64,000 nucleotides of DNA from NCBI GenBank assembly GCA_000708835.1, contig DF237166.1, positions 1 through 64,000 of the forward strand, written 5' to 3'. The notes under the pieces are model-generated. The model did not search any database, had not been told where the DNA came from, and was given only the letters and a program-made list of their open reading frames with translations. Below are positions 34,163-48,000 of this stretch, piece after piece; positions within the stretch are counted from its first letter, which is position 1, and every line of letters begins with the position of its first letter. Source of the stretch: Klebsormidium nitens. Its lineage: Eukaryota > Plantae > Klebsormidiophyceae. Made by a program: the position numbers and the translations under genes.

Positions 34163-36150
34163 TCAAACCGTCACTCTTTCTTGTTTTCGGATGCCGAACT
34201 GCAGGGCAGAAACGATGGCTTCGAGACTTCAGGATTACGAGGACAGGTATAGGATGTGACAAAACTAACGAGAGCTTGCTAGAACGGCCACGCAAAGCAC
34301 CTGATCATTACAATCTCTCCAACACGATGGCCTCAGTCACTAAGCGATTTTGGTCCCAACAAAACATCATAGTCAAGCCTACACACATGTGCGAAGATAG
34401 ATGAAAAAGGGAACGAGAGCTGCCAACCAACCTGTCGGAAAAACGGCTGATTAAGAATCCAGCCCAAAACAGGGACTCGTAGCAAGAACATTTGTGCTGT
34501 GGGCCAGAAACCGCTGCACGAAAAAGCAATGAACTGATGACTTGGTTTGTAAGGTTGCCAGTTGCTGACGTCAAGACAAGGTGCTGAACTTTCAGAACTC
34601 GGTAAGACGCCAAAAGCCGTTCTTGATTGCTGAAGTCTTCTGTAACACCTCTTCTAGACCAGAATTTGCAAGATGCATGCTTCTCGCAATCCAACTCACT
34701 CAACCGTTTTATGCAAGTAACCAAGCTGTGTTGAACTAACAGGCCAGGGAAGGGGGATATGATGGCGTTTCAGAACTGACCTGAAAAGATAGACGAAACC
34801 ATATGCTTCTACAATCATGCCGATGAAGGGCCATCCTATTAGTACGAGAAAAAGCCCCCCCAGAAAAGCTGCCGAACCCTGCAAAGAAACAATTAGGCAT
34901 GTGTTTGATTTATAACTGGCAGTATAAGTTGACCGGATTAGCACGCGCATATATGACCAGCTTGCAATTGCTCCAAACAACTGTGCAAAATCTGGAGCTC
35001 CTAGTCAGGTCTCCCTGTACATGGAAGTTTCTCGAACTCACCCTGTGATTCCGCTTGTTCAAGAATATGTTCCATGTGGACTTGAATCCGATTGTGAGGG
35101 TCATACCAGAGAGGAAGAGAATCTGCACCACCACCATACATAAGTGCGATCAGAGGGGTTGAAAAGACAGGTTCTACTCCATGAGAAGACTTACTGCGGA
35201 GGACTTGAGTTAGAAAGGGTTCAATCGATTAGAAGATTCGGGTGAGGATTCGTGTGAGGAAGATCGCACTCTATCAGAGCCTGAACTTCTGATCTAGAAG
35301 GTTACCTGCACTCAATTAGAGGATCTGGGTCCAAAAACGCTCGGTGAGAGAGGACATGAGTGGAAAGGTTACACCCAAAAAATGGGAAATGGGAAATGTT
35401 ACACTCAATCAGAGGGGCTGAGGTTAGAAAGGTAAAACTTGCTTAGGACTTGGTTGAGCAAAATTACACACGGTAGAGAGATAAGGTTCGAAACTTCGCA
35501 CTCAATCAAAGGACTTGGGTTAGGAATATCAACTGCAGCTATTCGTCGCTAACAACCAGCTCTAAAACCCTAATGTTATCCCAGCGGGGACAATTTGAGC
35601 AATAGACTGCTCCAATTTGCCGAGTACCAGAAGTTCCTTGAATAGGAAGGAAGAAGGATCAGAAACTCTCTCAGGGCACAGCATAAAAGGTCTTCCGGTC
35701 ATATCTGAGATCTGGGGAGAAGCTTACATTTCCCATAGCCAGGAGGCCTTTGTCGAAGAAGAAAATAACCCCCAGGAATGTGAAGAGTACTCCAAAGCCC
35801 GTCAAGCCAAGGCCAATTTCTGCAGGGATTCAGGCGGAATGTCTTGGTCCAACCCATGCATACGGAGCAGCTCCACATACACAAGCGACGAATGCTGCAT
35901 TTACGTCTTAGGCAACAAAGTTCTCTGCACAGTCAGTGACTTTAGACAGACCACCAGGGCAGTACAGGTGCTTGCAATTACAAACGAGGATTTGAAAGGC
36001 ACGGGGCGGTTAATTCAGAACGTTGTCAGAGCAGAAACCTTCCGGAGGTGACCGACCTACTCAATGCGAGAGGGGCAGGATTCATGCCACCTTGTCATCA
36101 GACCACTTTGGAGACTTACTTTTTCGATCATTCATCTCCAGCATCCCCAT
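34163..36150 (-). CDS. GOT1: GOT1/Sft2-family Golgi vesicle transport protein
   Basis: Exons: 36150-36120 ([10 protein letters not shown]); 35819-35728 ([30 protein letters not shown]); ~35124-35040 ([16 protein letters not shown]); ~34878-34781 ([14 protein letters not shown]); 34513-34432 (GFWPT...VPVLGWIL); 34198-34163 ([11 protein letters not shown]). Confidence 0.95.
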
Positions 36151-37866
36151 TTTGCTTTTTTCTTGAGCTCAGCTTGCCAAAGGCTGCAAATTCTGCAACA
36201 ATTCCCCGTGGCAAGATGGTCGAAACCAGTTCTGTCTCTGACAAGCTACGCAAGACCAGGTCTTGCCGAACAGAGGGCGCTGCTCCAAGACCAGTTCAAA
36301 ATCTTGTGTCCAAAGGGCTCTGAAGATGTGTATAAGGACCCGACCTATGCAACGATCGGGATTAGTGAGCAAAAACGGTTTCAAATGCTTTGATCAGCTG
36401 GCCCTATGAATCACATTCGGAAAGGAATGCTGATACTATGCCAACAGCCCAACATTTCAACAAAGCACATGCTGGGCTCAGGACTCTTTCTTCAGACCAT
36501 TTGAGAGGGCCAGAACTGACGGTCCGTCAGTCTATCTCCCAGCCGGTGGCCACAGCATCCCCGCAGGCCTGAATGATGATATTAACCACCACTGAATCAA
36601 CCAATCTACTCCCGTAGCTCGCAAACGGGCAGCCAGATGAAGGCAGGGCACTGTCTTTGTGTGATTACAAAACCTCATCTGCTATGATACGATATTTCCA
36701 ATCTTTGTGGACACCATGGATTATCCAAATGGCATGCAAACTGGCAGGGGGGATCGCTTTGATTCTGAATCTTGTCTCTCACACAAAGACTCACGAGACA
36801 ACATGCATGCTGTTCCACTTTCAGACTTCGAACAGTCTTCGGAGTCAGACTTCAGACTCTGCGTGTGTCATCTCTTGATTGTCATTGATCAGAAAGCTGG
36901 TGGTGCTCTTTCGAGCGCTAAAGGTCGTTGGATCCAGTCGAGGCAGGCTGTGTGCCGTCCGATCGTGGAATAAATAGGTACGTCGAAAAGATGGTCACAA
37001 AATTCGAATGGACGCAGATGATATAAGGGGCGCAGCTATGCCAGCTTTATGGCCGGTTCAACGTCCCGACCCCCTATACAGCCGCTCAAAATTAGGCCGG
37101 TACCTATACCGCCGGAGCCAGAGCCCGGCCGCGCGGCCCGTGGGGCTCATAAGCCAACAGCCTTAAGCTTCTTCATAAGCGCTTGCACATGGGGCGCCAG
37201 CCTCCTACTGGACGCAGAAATATGCATGCTGCACAGTGCATCCATTGTTATTGAGCTATAGCATCCACATGAGCAAACCGTCTTCCAAATTCCAGTATGC
37301 ACATGATAGCGCTCTGGCGATCATGATGCAAGTGTTCAAAGACAGCGCCGCCCTCATCTGCTGCTTCCCAAAGATGTGCGAACGAGACGACACATGCACA
37401 ACCTGCACTCGATCCAAGCACGTCACGACACCACACTGATGCCCTCCAACCCTCCAAAGGGATGCAATCCACAGATATAACATGCGCGGCCAAGCACTGG
37501 GCACTGAATAATGCCCGTTGACAAAGACTCTGATAGGAGAACGATCTAGCTGCAAATTCTGTTGTTACTTCATCACCTAGCGCTATTCGAGCCTAGCCTG
37601 TGCGGGAATTGCCCCATTAATCTGGACGAGAACTGCCTCCAATAGTTTGGGCCTACATTACTCGGTGTCTTATCTAGGGAAACGTGGGCAATGTTTTAGC
37701 TTTTGCAAGCCTTCCCGAATCTTGGAAGTGTAAAGAAAGCACTCAGTGATCTCGCGTGGTCTTGTCTGTGGAGGTGTGGACCGTCAATACCAGCTATGCT
37801 AAAGAAAAGCAAGCTACCGAGATGGCTATTCTACAACCCACGGAACCAATGTCTAAACCGCTCTGC

Positions 37867-40800
37867 TTACGCCACCTGTTCACCTTGACTATCTTTCGAC
37901 AGCCCCGCATGTGCGAGCCTCGTCCCGTAAGCAACGTGCCCCGACTTTACGCACCCAACTCCCGCAAAGCCCCCGGCAAAACCGCCAAGCGACGGCCTCC
38001 TCTGCCGCAACCGTTCCCGCAACTGATCCTCAAAACCCGAGCTCTCCCCGCCTTCCCCCCCCAGGGAACCAGCCAAACGGACCCCCCGTTGCCCCTCCTC
38101 TGCAAAAATCCCGCCCGGGACTCTCCTCGCCCGCCCCCCCAACCCGTAACTTTCGCCTTTGGACTGCGCGTCAGAACCCCTACTCTCACGGCCCATCCAC
38201 GACGTCGAACTTGACCCCCCAACAAAAGAACCCCGGTCATCGCCCCACCAGTTTAGCAAGCAGGGGGGGAGGTTTTTGACGAACGCGAGGCGGGAGCGGC
38301 GGTCGAGGAGATACGCGACTGCTGACGACAGCACATGGAACAGGACGATCCAGGGGCACAGCGCAGCGTCTTGGCGTGCGGCCAACGCCGCGAGCTGCGC
38401 CAACAGAAGCAGGACGCGGAAGCGCATGTGGAGGCTGCAGCGATTAAGGGAGAGATGGTGAGTTGCAAACCAAACATCTCAAGCGTCTCTCGTTCGTTCT
38501 AAATCGGAAAGGGTGTCTTCTTGAAAGATCTGGAAACGGTTCGCGACGATTCGTGAGGTGAATCTTGACGGAAATGTGACAGGTGCCGACCAACAATCAA
38601 CTTTGACCATGTATCGTCGGCATTTGTTATCCTTATTAACAAGGACCGGGGACTCAAATCTGAGTCGTCAAGCCTTTCATTCCAGACACCTGTCAACGAA
38701 CTCACAGGATCATCGACCCCTCGCCTGAACGCTTGCAGAATTAGTGAAGCCATACAAGAGCGAATTTCATTCCGCTGGATCCTCGCTAGACCTGATGCGT
38801 TCGACCTATCAACGCTTCGGACCAGAGCATCCAACAGGGGCGATTCCCTGTTTGCACCACGAAATGGTGACGCCTGGATATCTGCTTCTTGATGTTCTGC
38901 CCAACTATTGAATGCGAAATAGCTCTCCAGCCTTGAATCACACAAGCAATCGAGACTTCGTTTCGACTGCCATTTTACTGGAGCAAATCGATAGCATATG
39001 GTACTTTCCCTGGACGGACTCTGACATGCCTTGCAGCAAATCACAGAACGAAACACCGACGCGTGTGCATGGACCTGAGCAAACCCGCACGCGAGTCTCA
39101 CCAGGTCATGAGACTGTCTAAACCGCAAAGAGCAGAAGAACAAAAGGAGTGGGAGTGGGATAAGGCGCGATGAGAAAGGATAGCCGTGTCGACTCACACG
39201 AAAGGGACGTTGTACATAAAGGTCATGAAGAAGGCGGGGGACCCCAGTCGGACGAGGCGGTAGCCCGGGGCCTGGCAGAGCGGAAAAAGACGCACCTCTA
39301 GTTAGCTCAGGCAAGCGAATATCAAAACAAGGAGGAATAAATACCCAGGCTTAGCCTGCGTCGAACAACCCAATGTCAAGAGGACTGACAGAGAGACGAG
39401 AAGATCTGCCCTCAAGCGACTTAGCAAGAGACTATGAACAGAAAGACGACAAAGTCTTTCCGGCGCACAGTTTACTGGCTGTTGATGCTACCCACAGTGA
39501 GGCGTATGCAAGCCCCAGACAATTGCGTAAACGAAGCATAGAACCATCGAATCTGCAAAAAGGCCTTTGAAGTGGCGACTTACATCCTGACTGGCGAGCG
39601 TATACCAAACCTCCAGGGCCCAAACCGTAGTCAGATACACAGAGAGTAGAGCCAGCCGGTTTTTGTTCCACCTGAGGAAAACAAAAAGGCCCACCTTGAG
39701 CATTATTGCGTAATGGTGTTAATCTGTTTCCTTACGCCCGTGTTTGTATGAGTAGAGGTCGCAACGACGGAGTGAGGTTAGTTGGGGCGTTTATGGTGAG
39801 GGCCGATGCGAAGCGCGTATAGAAAGGCGTTAAAGGCAAGCGCAGTTCTACAACAAACGCAAGGGATGTCTCCAGTGTTTGTGCACCATGGAAAGTTTCA
39901 AGTCAAACGCGCATCACAAGTCCCCCATCCCAACAGGCGGCCCCCAAGCATAAAGATCTTCAGACTGACCCCGAGCACATAAACCAATTTCCTCTTCGGT
40001 TAAGGCAGAGAAAAGCAGATGAGAATAGCCCACCATGAGCGCTGGCACAGGTGCATGTAGAGGAACGCCGACATGAGGACAAGTCCTGCGATGTTCCACT
40101 CCAAGCTGGTTGACAGGAGGGGCCTCCCAGGTGCTGTGATCGCAATCCACTGCAGCAAAGAGGCCATCAAGGTTAGGCCCAGACCTGGATTAATACAGAG
40201 ATGCCAACATAATCACAGCTAACCAGATTCAAGAGGACACAACCTGGAATAAAAACATTCCAGAAAGGGGTTACCAAAAGTCTGAACGAACATTGTGAGG
40301 TTCACCAGATACAAAGAAGTGAGTTCACCAAGCAGGGCATGTTTTCTCTTGCAACAAGAAAGGAGCAGCCAGGCTTGGGCTTACACGAGGTCAGGCGCAG
40401 TGCATCCTGGGAGCCTTTAGTGGGATGTGCAGCCTTCAGAGTCAGTAACTCCCTCAAAAATCCAGACGCAATGGAAGTCACAGCACTTCGCTCACAAATG
40501 TTAACAGAGTCAGATGCAGCAAACCTCTGCAGATTCTCAACCCCCCTACAAAACACCGACACTGGCCAAGCGAAGAACAAGCATCAAGGCGCCCAAGATT
40601 TGGTGAGCATTCTTACCCCCCAGCGAATCTCCTTCAAGATCGAGAACTGGCGGGCCAGCATGTAGAGGTGCAGCACCGAGAACCAGATTCTCAAGACTGC
40701 ACACAGGTAGTCCGCATCCCCCCCGCTCGCAATGTGCGACCGCCGGTAGGTCTCCTCCAGCTGCGGGTTTGCAAACGCGAGGCTCCACGACATGCGGGTT

Positions 40801-42982
40801 GCCCCGGTCCGGTTTGCTGCGACAGTGGCTGCAAAGGGGAGTAGGCTGGGTTCCAATTTGCAGGCACCTCCGCAAAGCTGAGGCAGCCTCGATAGGGAAG
40901 CAAGGCACAATGTTCGTAAAGAGGCACAGAAAGGTGAAAGACTGTGACCTGCCTTACAGAAGTGTGATATGCTTGGCAGGTGCGCTGATAGTGAACAGCA
41001 AATCGTGACAATCTAGCAGTGGGGCTTGACAGAAGGCTTATCCAAAAAGCAGAAGCGGGAGGCCTCTTTCAGCAAGTACTGTCTCCAAGAGGTTCACAAG
41101 TAACAAAGTCGAGGCTTGCTGAAAATGGAAAAGACAAGCGCCCACAATGCTCTTCCCAAGAGCTCCCAATTAAGACCAGCCGTGCCAGCTGGCAGAATCA
41201 GATGAATGCTGGAAGTTTGGACAGCGGGTCTCAGGGACGCAAGCATAAGGGACGAGGAGTTCTTTTTCAGACTGCTCAACTTTGTTGTCCTCCTGCTGTA
41301 AGGGTTTTGTGCCCAGGTGCTCAGTGTCAAAAGATTGAAAGAAATTGAGTAATGTTGTACAAGGAAAGAATCTAACAGCACGTAATGCAGGTTCCAAGCA
41401 CGTAGCATGGTCTAGACACGTCAAGCCCTAGGGGTGAAATGCTAGGGGGCATGAGCAGACTTCCTGGATCGACAGCCAAGCGCCAGATGCATGTTCGAAA
41501 AACCCACATTACGAGACACGTACGAGTCCCCTGCAAAACTCGTCAGGGTGAATGCAAAGAAAGAAAAATGTCAGGTAGATTGCTACACCCTGCATTACAT
41601 GTCCCTTTATCCTTTTCACACCTATAATGTGGCTTTCCGGTTCAGCACTTCAATGCAAAGTCAGTCCAGATGTCTTCCTCAGAGTCGTTTCCACACTAGA
41701 AGTTCAGCTTCTGAATACCAATCCTGTGCCAGAACTTGAGCTGCTGAGAGCTCCACTTGTTGAGCTGCAAGGTTTACATGGTTAACCAAGACAAAGAGGA
41801 GAGCAGGCCGACAAAAACAAGAAAAAATGGTAACTCGTGCTCACCAGACAGCACCGCATCCATCCTCTCCCGCTCTTGACTCGCCCCCCGTTCCGTGGCC
41901 CTAACGACTTCACTGTACAGTTCCCTATCCGCGGACGGGGACCTCATCAACCCAAAAACATCTGGCCTGCTCAACAAATGTGAGACTTCTGCTCTTTCTT
42001 CTGGAACAACGGCTCGCTCAAGGGTCCTCTGAACCTTCAAACCTGCACTTGGATTTAGGCTTTGCTCGCTCGAGAAATGTGGCATCCGCTCTAGTCTACC
42101 CGGATCCTTCTGGCTTCCGCCACAATCTGACACCTGTCGAGGTCCCCTGGCACCTGTGATCCCCTCAAATGAGCCATACAGGGCCCAAGAAGTAGGTTTG
42201 GCGCACGTCTCCTCGCTGTCGTCGCTGCTGCATGCGGAGCTGCTGTCAAAGTCGTCTGTCAGAATCTCCTCCACTAACAGCGCGCCACCTGGCGCTGCAC
42301 GGCCCACATTCTCATCTGCCTCTACTTTCCTGTCCGATTTTGCGGGCTGAAGAGCAACACTCGTCCAGTCGTTATAATCAACCCCGCAATGCACCTCCAG
42401 GCTCCTCTTATGCCTGGCAACTAACTCCTCGGCCGCTATGCTCGTGGGCCTCGCAATGAGATGCGACTTAGGTACGAGCGCGGGCTTGCTGCTATCATGA
42501 GCAACCCACGACCCCTCCAAGCTCACAGCAAACTCGTCCTCGTTATCCGAAGCCTCCAGCACCAAATCGAGCTCCTTATCCCGCTCATCTAAAAACTTGT
42601 CTAGCCAACTGCTGTCTGAAAAGGGTTGCCGGACGGGAGCGGCGGCCTCCGCTCTCTCTGTGGTTTGCTGCTCCTTTTCAGCTCGACGCAAGGAGTCTTC
42701 AGGGGAGTCCTGGCACAAATTAGAGAGGATTCTGCGCTCCCCGAGGTACTCCCTGATGAGGTCAGGATCCGACCTCTTCGAGTTGGCATCCGCCTTCTGG
42801 GCTTCGGAAGGAGGCTCTCCACCGGAACCCCCAGGTGCATCAGGGAAAAGGTTCCTTTCCCCAAGATACTCTTTGATGATGTCGCCACTCGACCGCAAGT
42901 AGTTCTCATTTGCCGACATCGGCGCATCCCCAGGCCCAGGCGAAGTGCCAGAAAGACGAGGGCGGTCCATCATATCGGCCAT
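37867..42982 (-). CDS. Uncharacterised multi-pass membrane protein with a long acidic low-complexity N-terminus; 3' end uncertain
   Basis: ATG at 42982 opens a ~1.15 kb exon. Later exons: ~40880-40628 (LAFANPQLEETYRRSH...LCAVLRIWFSVLHLY); ~40110-40035 (LEWNIAGLVLMSAFLYMHL); ~39672-39611 (WNKNRLALLSVYLTTVWALE); ~39272-39200 (GSPAFFMTFMYNVPF); from ~38434 (LHMRFRVLLLLAQL...AVAYLLDRRSRLAFV). Several hydrophobic helices. Confidence 0.7.
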
Positions 42983-45061
42983 GGTGCCGCAGGCTCACAC
43001 AGAGGATTTCACACACGAGCCGCCTGCTCGCCAAAAGTCATGAGCAGCTTTTGTTCATAGAGGGCCACCAGCAGGTCTCCTTTCTCCCACCGCCCTCACG
43101 AGAGATATCTTCATCCGCATCCAGGACAGGTCATCTTTTAACAGTAAGCAGGAAGAAGCGCGGCAAGCGTTCTCCTCAGGCAAACCAACCCCCCTGAGGC
43201 GCCACCATGATGGGGGCCGTCAGCACGGCCAGCTTGCTGCGCCATGCTGACCACATCAAAACCTGCCATACCGGTATTTGCAGGCTGGCAACTTGTCATC
43301 CGGCTCGTGTAGCTGCCGGACCGGCGATTCCCGTCGGTGCGAATTTATCGCCGGCAAGAAACGCCCGCAGTCAGCATGACGCGAAAAGAAACGGCAGGGC
43401 TGCCGTTGTGACGACACCGACCCAGATACAGGCTTGCCCATTTCACGTGGCCCGCGCAATCCACAATATAGGACATCGTACCAGATTGGGCGGACGATAT
43501 TTACTGTTCATCAGTGGTGGCGTCACAAAATCCTGCAAATCACCTAGAAAACCGGCCAATGCACCATCGGATCGTGGATGACGCATTGCATTTGCTTTGC
43601 ACCATACATAAGATCATGGATTAAATCCTTATAGGTACCAAGATATGCAAATATTGATTTGCTTGACGGTTGAATGTCAAATTTCAATCACAATCTTTGA
43701 CAAGATTACCTTCTAAGTCATTACTATTGAAAATTACGTCACGACTCAGGTCTGGGCGACGGCATATGCGCCTCGGTCCCCAACCCATATATGCGATCTA
43801 ATAAATATTCTGTTTCTGCGCGCAGGTGCGGTACGCTTTGCCAAAGTGTTTTAAATTCCGCTATACGGTAACTTCCTGGGCCCGTTCTTCGGGGGCCCGG
43901 TGGGCTCCCTCAGCCTGTTTATTGGGAGCTCCCGGCCCACGGACCTGATTGGGGCCCCAAAATATCCGCTTGAGAATGCCCCCTATAGGTCCCACATGAC
44001 AGTGTGGTTAATTAATCATCGTAGATGCATAGGGCCCGGGGGGCTCAACGCCCAGCACGCCCCACCAGTAGGTGCTTTGAACGTCATATATCCGCTAGCT
44101 GATTATGATGGTCTCTTTTCGTTCTCGCCGTAGCCAAATAGGCCATAGGCTTCTCATGGCATACATGAATGAGTGTATGATGAGGAATCTTGTGTAAATA
44201 GTAGTAAAAACTTTCAGATAATTCGTAATCTTGGGGCGGCCCCCTCAGACTGAAGCCATTGGGGGCAAAAGGGCCCCCCAACGATGCTCTTTGGAGGCCC
44301 GTACCGGCCCCCCTGTTCTTGGGGCTCGTTGGGCCCCCAAGCCCCTCCTATTGGGGGTGGCGGGCCCCCAGTGGAAACACTGGGATCACGCAGTCAGTCC
44401 GAGTTAGTCCCAGTTTCAACTTCCGCTGCCGGTATCTCGTTGAGCGCTGCCCTTAATGAATTGGTCAAATCTAGACGGTGCATGGCTGATCTTTCACCAC
44501 TTCATCAACCAATTAAGATGGGTTAGGCATGCATACATTAACTTCTGTTCGCCAAGGGGCATGCCAAGAGCAGTGCTTGCATGCTGTAAGCTAGGCTGCC
44601 CGAGGCTGCAGCAATGAACTGGTCGAGTATATATGTCAGTATATCCTAGAACACAAACGGAGGTTGTGATCCGGCGTCAGTTCTGCAAGATTGTGGTCTA
44701 GTTGCCGGAGATCGGTAGATAAATTGCTCTCAAGCCTTATACAATTGTAAACTACCGAAGCCACGGATTGGTTTCGGGATGCAAAGATAGGATGGGTGGG
44801 GAAGCTGACAGAAAGATGCCAACATGATTTCAGCGCCATGTGACTTTTTGCTCCGACGAATGGGCAAGTACTACCATCCGACGTGCTAGAGTTGCGGCTG
44901 GGCTTTTGATAAGGTTGTTGTGAGGTAGGAAGGGAAGGATGACGTGGCATGCTTTCGGAGCCCATTGGAATCTGCAAATGCACCATCATTGTGTCATCCA
45001 ATCGTTCCAAGAGATTACCTCTCGCCAATACGCGAGCAAAGCTAGCCGAGTGCGTTTCTGA

Positions 45062-48000
45062 TCAACCGAATACTGACTGCATCAGCTTGGACTGCTTATT
45101 GGACCCGTCGTACTTCCCTAGCTGTGCAATGAGCGATGTCATAACGGCCTTCTTGCGATCGAGGGGCCATCGGCAGTTATGCTGCACAAATGAGAACCCA
45201 CAAGTCAGCTTACAATTCCCGTCGGAAATATTCGAATGTGGTATGCACGAAGGGTTCTACGGTGAGGTCGAAAGTCGACGTAATCCCTTCAACTGCTCTG
45301 TCTCTTCCCAAGACAAAGCAGATTAGGCATTGCCTATCAACGACTCGAAATCAGCGACTCGCAGAACTTCAGTGCTGTGATAGATGCCATAGCGAAGATC
45401 CGATGCTGTTTTCGGAAGCACTTGGCTCTTCAATCGAAAGGTACATGCAGGTTTTGTCTTGCAGTCCGTCACTTTCGTCCAAGGGAAGCTTCTTGCGAAG
45501 GATGAACGGTTGCACCGCCCAAATGATGGAAGAACAAATCCTGCCTCCCGGTCTTCTTAAATTCGCGACACTGAGACAAGACAGTATTGAGATGGCGTCC
45601 TACAAGCTCGAAAAGCTGGGCAAATCTGGCCGACATTCCTCCTCTTATTGACAAGCAAAATTCCTCCCGATACACCAAGTTTAGAGAATAATGCCTCTCG
45701 AAAAAAGGTTCCGATCATAGTTGCCTCAGTCGCGCGCTAACCGAGAGAACCTTCAGACGTCACCTGATTGACCGGCACTGATGAAAGCACAAACCGCAAT
45801 GTGAACGGGTCGGGTCAGTGCTTGCTTGCAAACCCCATTCGATCACATGCTTCACCGCATGATCATCGAATCCATCGCTTCATGATCCTCATCTCCGTCT
45901 CGGCCCAGACATTAAGGCAACACTTCGCTGCCTCAATACTGAAACCAATATTGTTTCACCATTTCGAGCCAAATCATTCAATGCCGTCAAGAAATCGATT
46001 TTCGATTCTCATCGCTTCTTACATCCGCTTTTCCTATCGGCAGTCCTGATAATCCTTTGTACGGCGGCGACACTCAAAAGCAGTACCGTAAGGTTCGTTC
46101 CCCGACCGACTCACCTCGAGCGTCTGCAGCGCCCGCGTGACGTGCGCAACCATCTCGGGCGTTCTGGAGGGCGACCCTCGCTCGGGCATCTCCCCAATGA
46201 TGTCGCCTAAAATCCGGTGCTGCTGTGCCGCCGAGACATGCGCGCTCTTGTTATACCGCTTTACCACCGCTTCTAGTTCGGACGTCCGGTCCAATGTTCG
46301 CTTCAGCATCGCCTGCACGCACGATTGACAGGTGTTGTCCACAACTCAAAAGCTGACAAAGTCTTGAAATGCTCAGACATTTCCTGCAGAGTATGCCCGA
46401 ACACCGATGGCTGTCGGTGCGCTATCCTCTAGATGCCCAAGAACAAGCGGTAAATCTGATAGATCCCTCCAGCTCCAGCGAGGTTTTACATTCAAAGATG
46501 GAAATTCTGCACCACTCTAGCCGAGCTGGAAAAACGACTTTCGGGAACCACTCTTTCGTTACTCAGCCGTCCTTTTGCGAGTACGAAATAGGGGCCAGAT
46601 AGCCTACCTTCATTCAAACACGATTGGCGACCGAGTACAAGTATGAAAGGCGGAAAGGCGCTTCTCGGGAAACTCGGTGATGCCATATCCTCACAGAAGC
46701 TGGACGGACTCACAATATCTCCCTCGCATGTTTCCTCTTTCAAAAGCAGACCACATGTCACAACGTTCGTTTTCGCGTCCGCGACTTAAACTCACCTTGA
46801 CCTACCCGTTTCCGCCCTCCGTTGCCTTCGCCATCAGCAAATCACTTTTGAGGTTCCTCCTCCTTGAAATTCACGGCAATCAGGGCAATCAGAAAAGGAT
46901 AACGGATATGATGCGCCAATACTCACCTGCCACGTGTCCTCATCTTCAATCCCACTCATTTCCATCAGCTCCTGCTTGCAGGCGGTCAGCGCGTCCTCCA
47001 GCGGCGATTGAGGGGTGTCGTCCAGGTCAGGAAGGACGCCGAACGACTCCATGTGATACTCGGGTTCCAGGGTCATCTGCAAAACGGCGTCGCTAACCAG
47101 GCGTTAACCCAAAAGGTGATGGGCTTTCCCTGCATCATTGTTCTGCGACTAAGAATCATAGATAATGGTCGATTGTGTGAAGCTCCAGTTTGGGGGTCGT
47201 ACATGAAAGCGTGGAGCGAGTGGTAATAAGTACCGAAAATACCAAAAGGGTTTGGGAGTTGAGGGAGTAATAGCGTCAGGTTCTCTCGTTAGATCGGGAA
47301 CACAGAGCACTTTGATCACCCGGTATCATCCGGGGGTGAACCAAAATTTGAACGGAATGCACAACGAAAGTCTCTGGGCCGAGGAAGCACTCAAGCGGCC
47401 CCAGTTCCCCTTTCATGCGGCTCACGATAATCAAACAATCAATAATCAGACAATCAAAACCTGCAATTGGCCGGGATCGATCTGCGAACTGAAAAAGGGA
47501 AGTCGGGCTCACCGCAAGGTGGTCCCGCAGCGCCACCTCCGGCGTTTGCGGCACGCCTAGTTCGTCCGGCTGCGGCTCCCAGCCCTGCTTCATGATCTCG
47601 TACCACTCCGAGTTCTCGATCTCCAGCTCCGTCTCTTTCGCCGTTTCTTCCAGTTCCTTCTCCTCTCGCTCCGCTTCGCGCGCCTCGTACTGAGCGCGCT
47701 CCTCTGCTGACCGGTTCGGCTTGTTCTCTTTCCGGGCTGCGCAAGAGATGTTTCAAAAATCATTGCACGGCCACCTCAGATCTTGCTAGGTGATAACTTC
47801 TTCGCTCGTTCAATGCTGATTCAGTTATTGCGCGCCTTGTACTGACAGCGATTCTCTGCAGACCAGTTCGGCTTCTTCTCTTTCCGAGCTGCGCGAAAAC
47901 GGTTGGATCATCACGCCGGCAACTCAAACCTTGCAAGGTTGTCAACCTACTGCCGTTCGATTCAAGATCCGGATCATTACCTCCGTTTCGGATTCCCTGC

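Noticed and set aside
43870-44390. Dense GGGCCC/TGGGCC motifs (also near 37110-37150 and 52245-52320)
   Set aside because: Plausibly site-II-like promoter elements upstream of nearby genes, but the sequence alone cannot establish function and no TIR or TSD was found.
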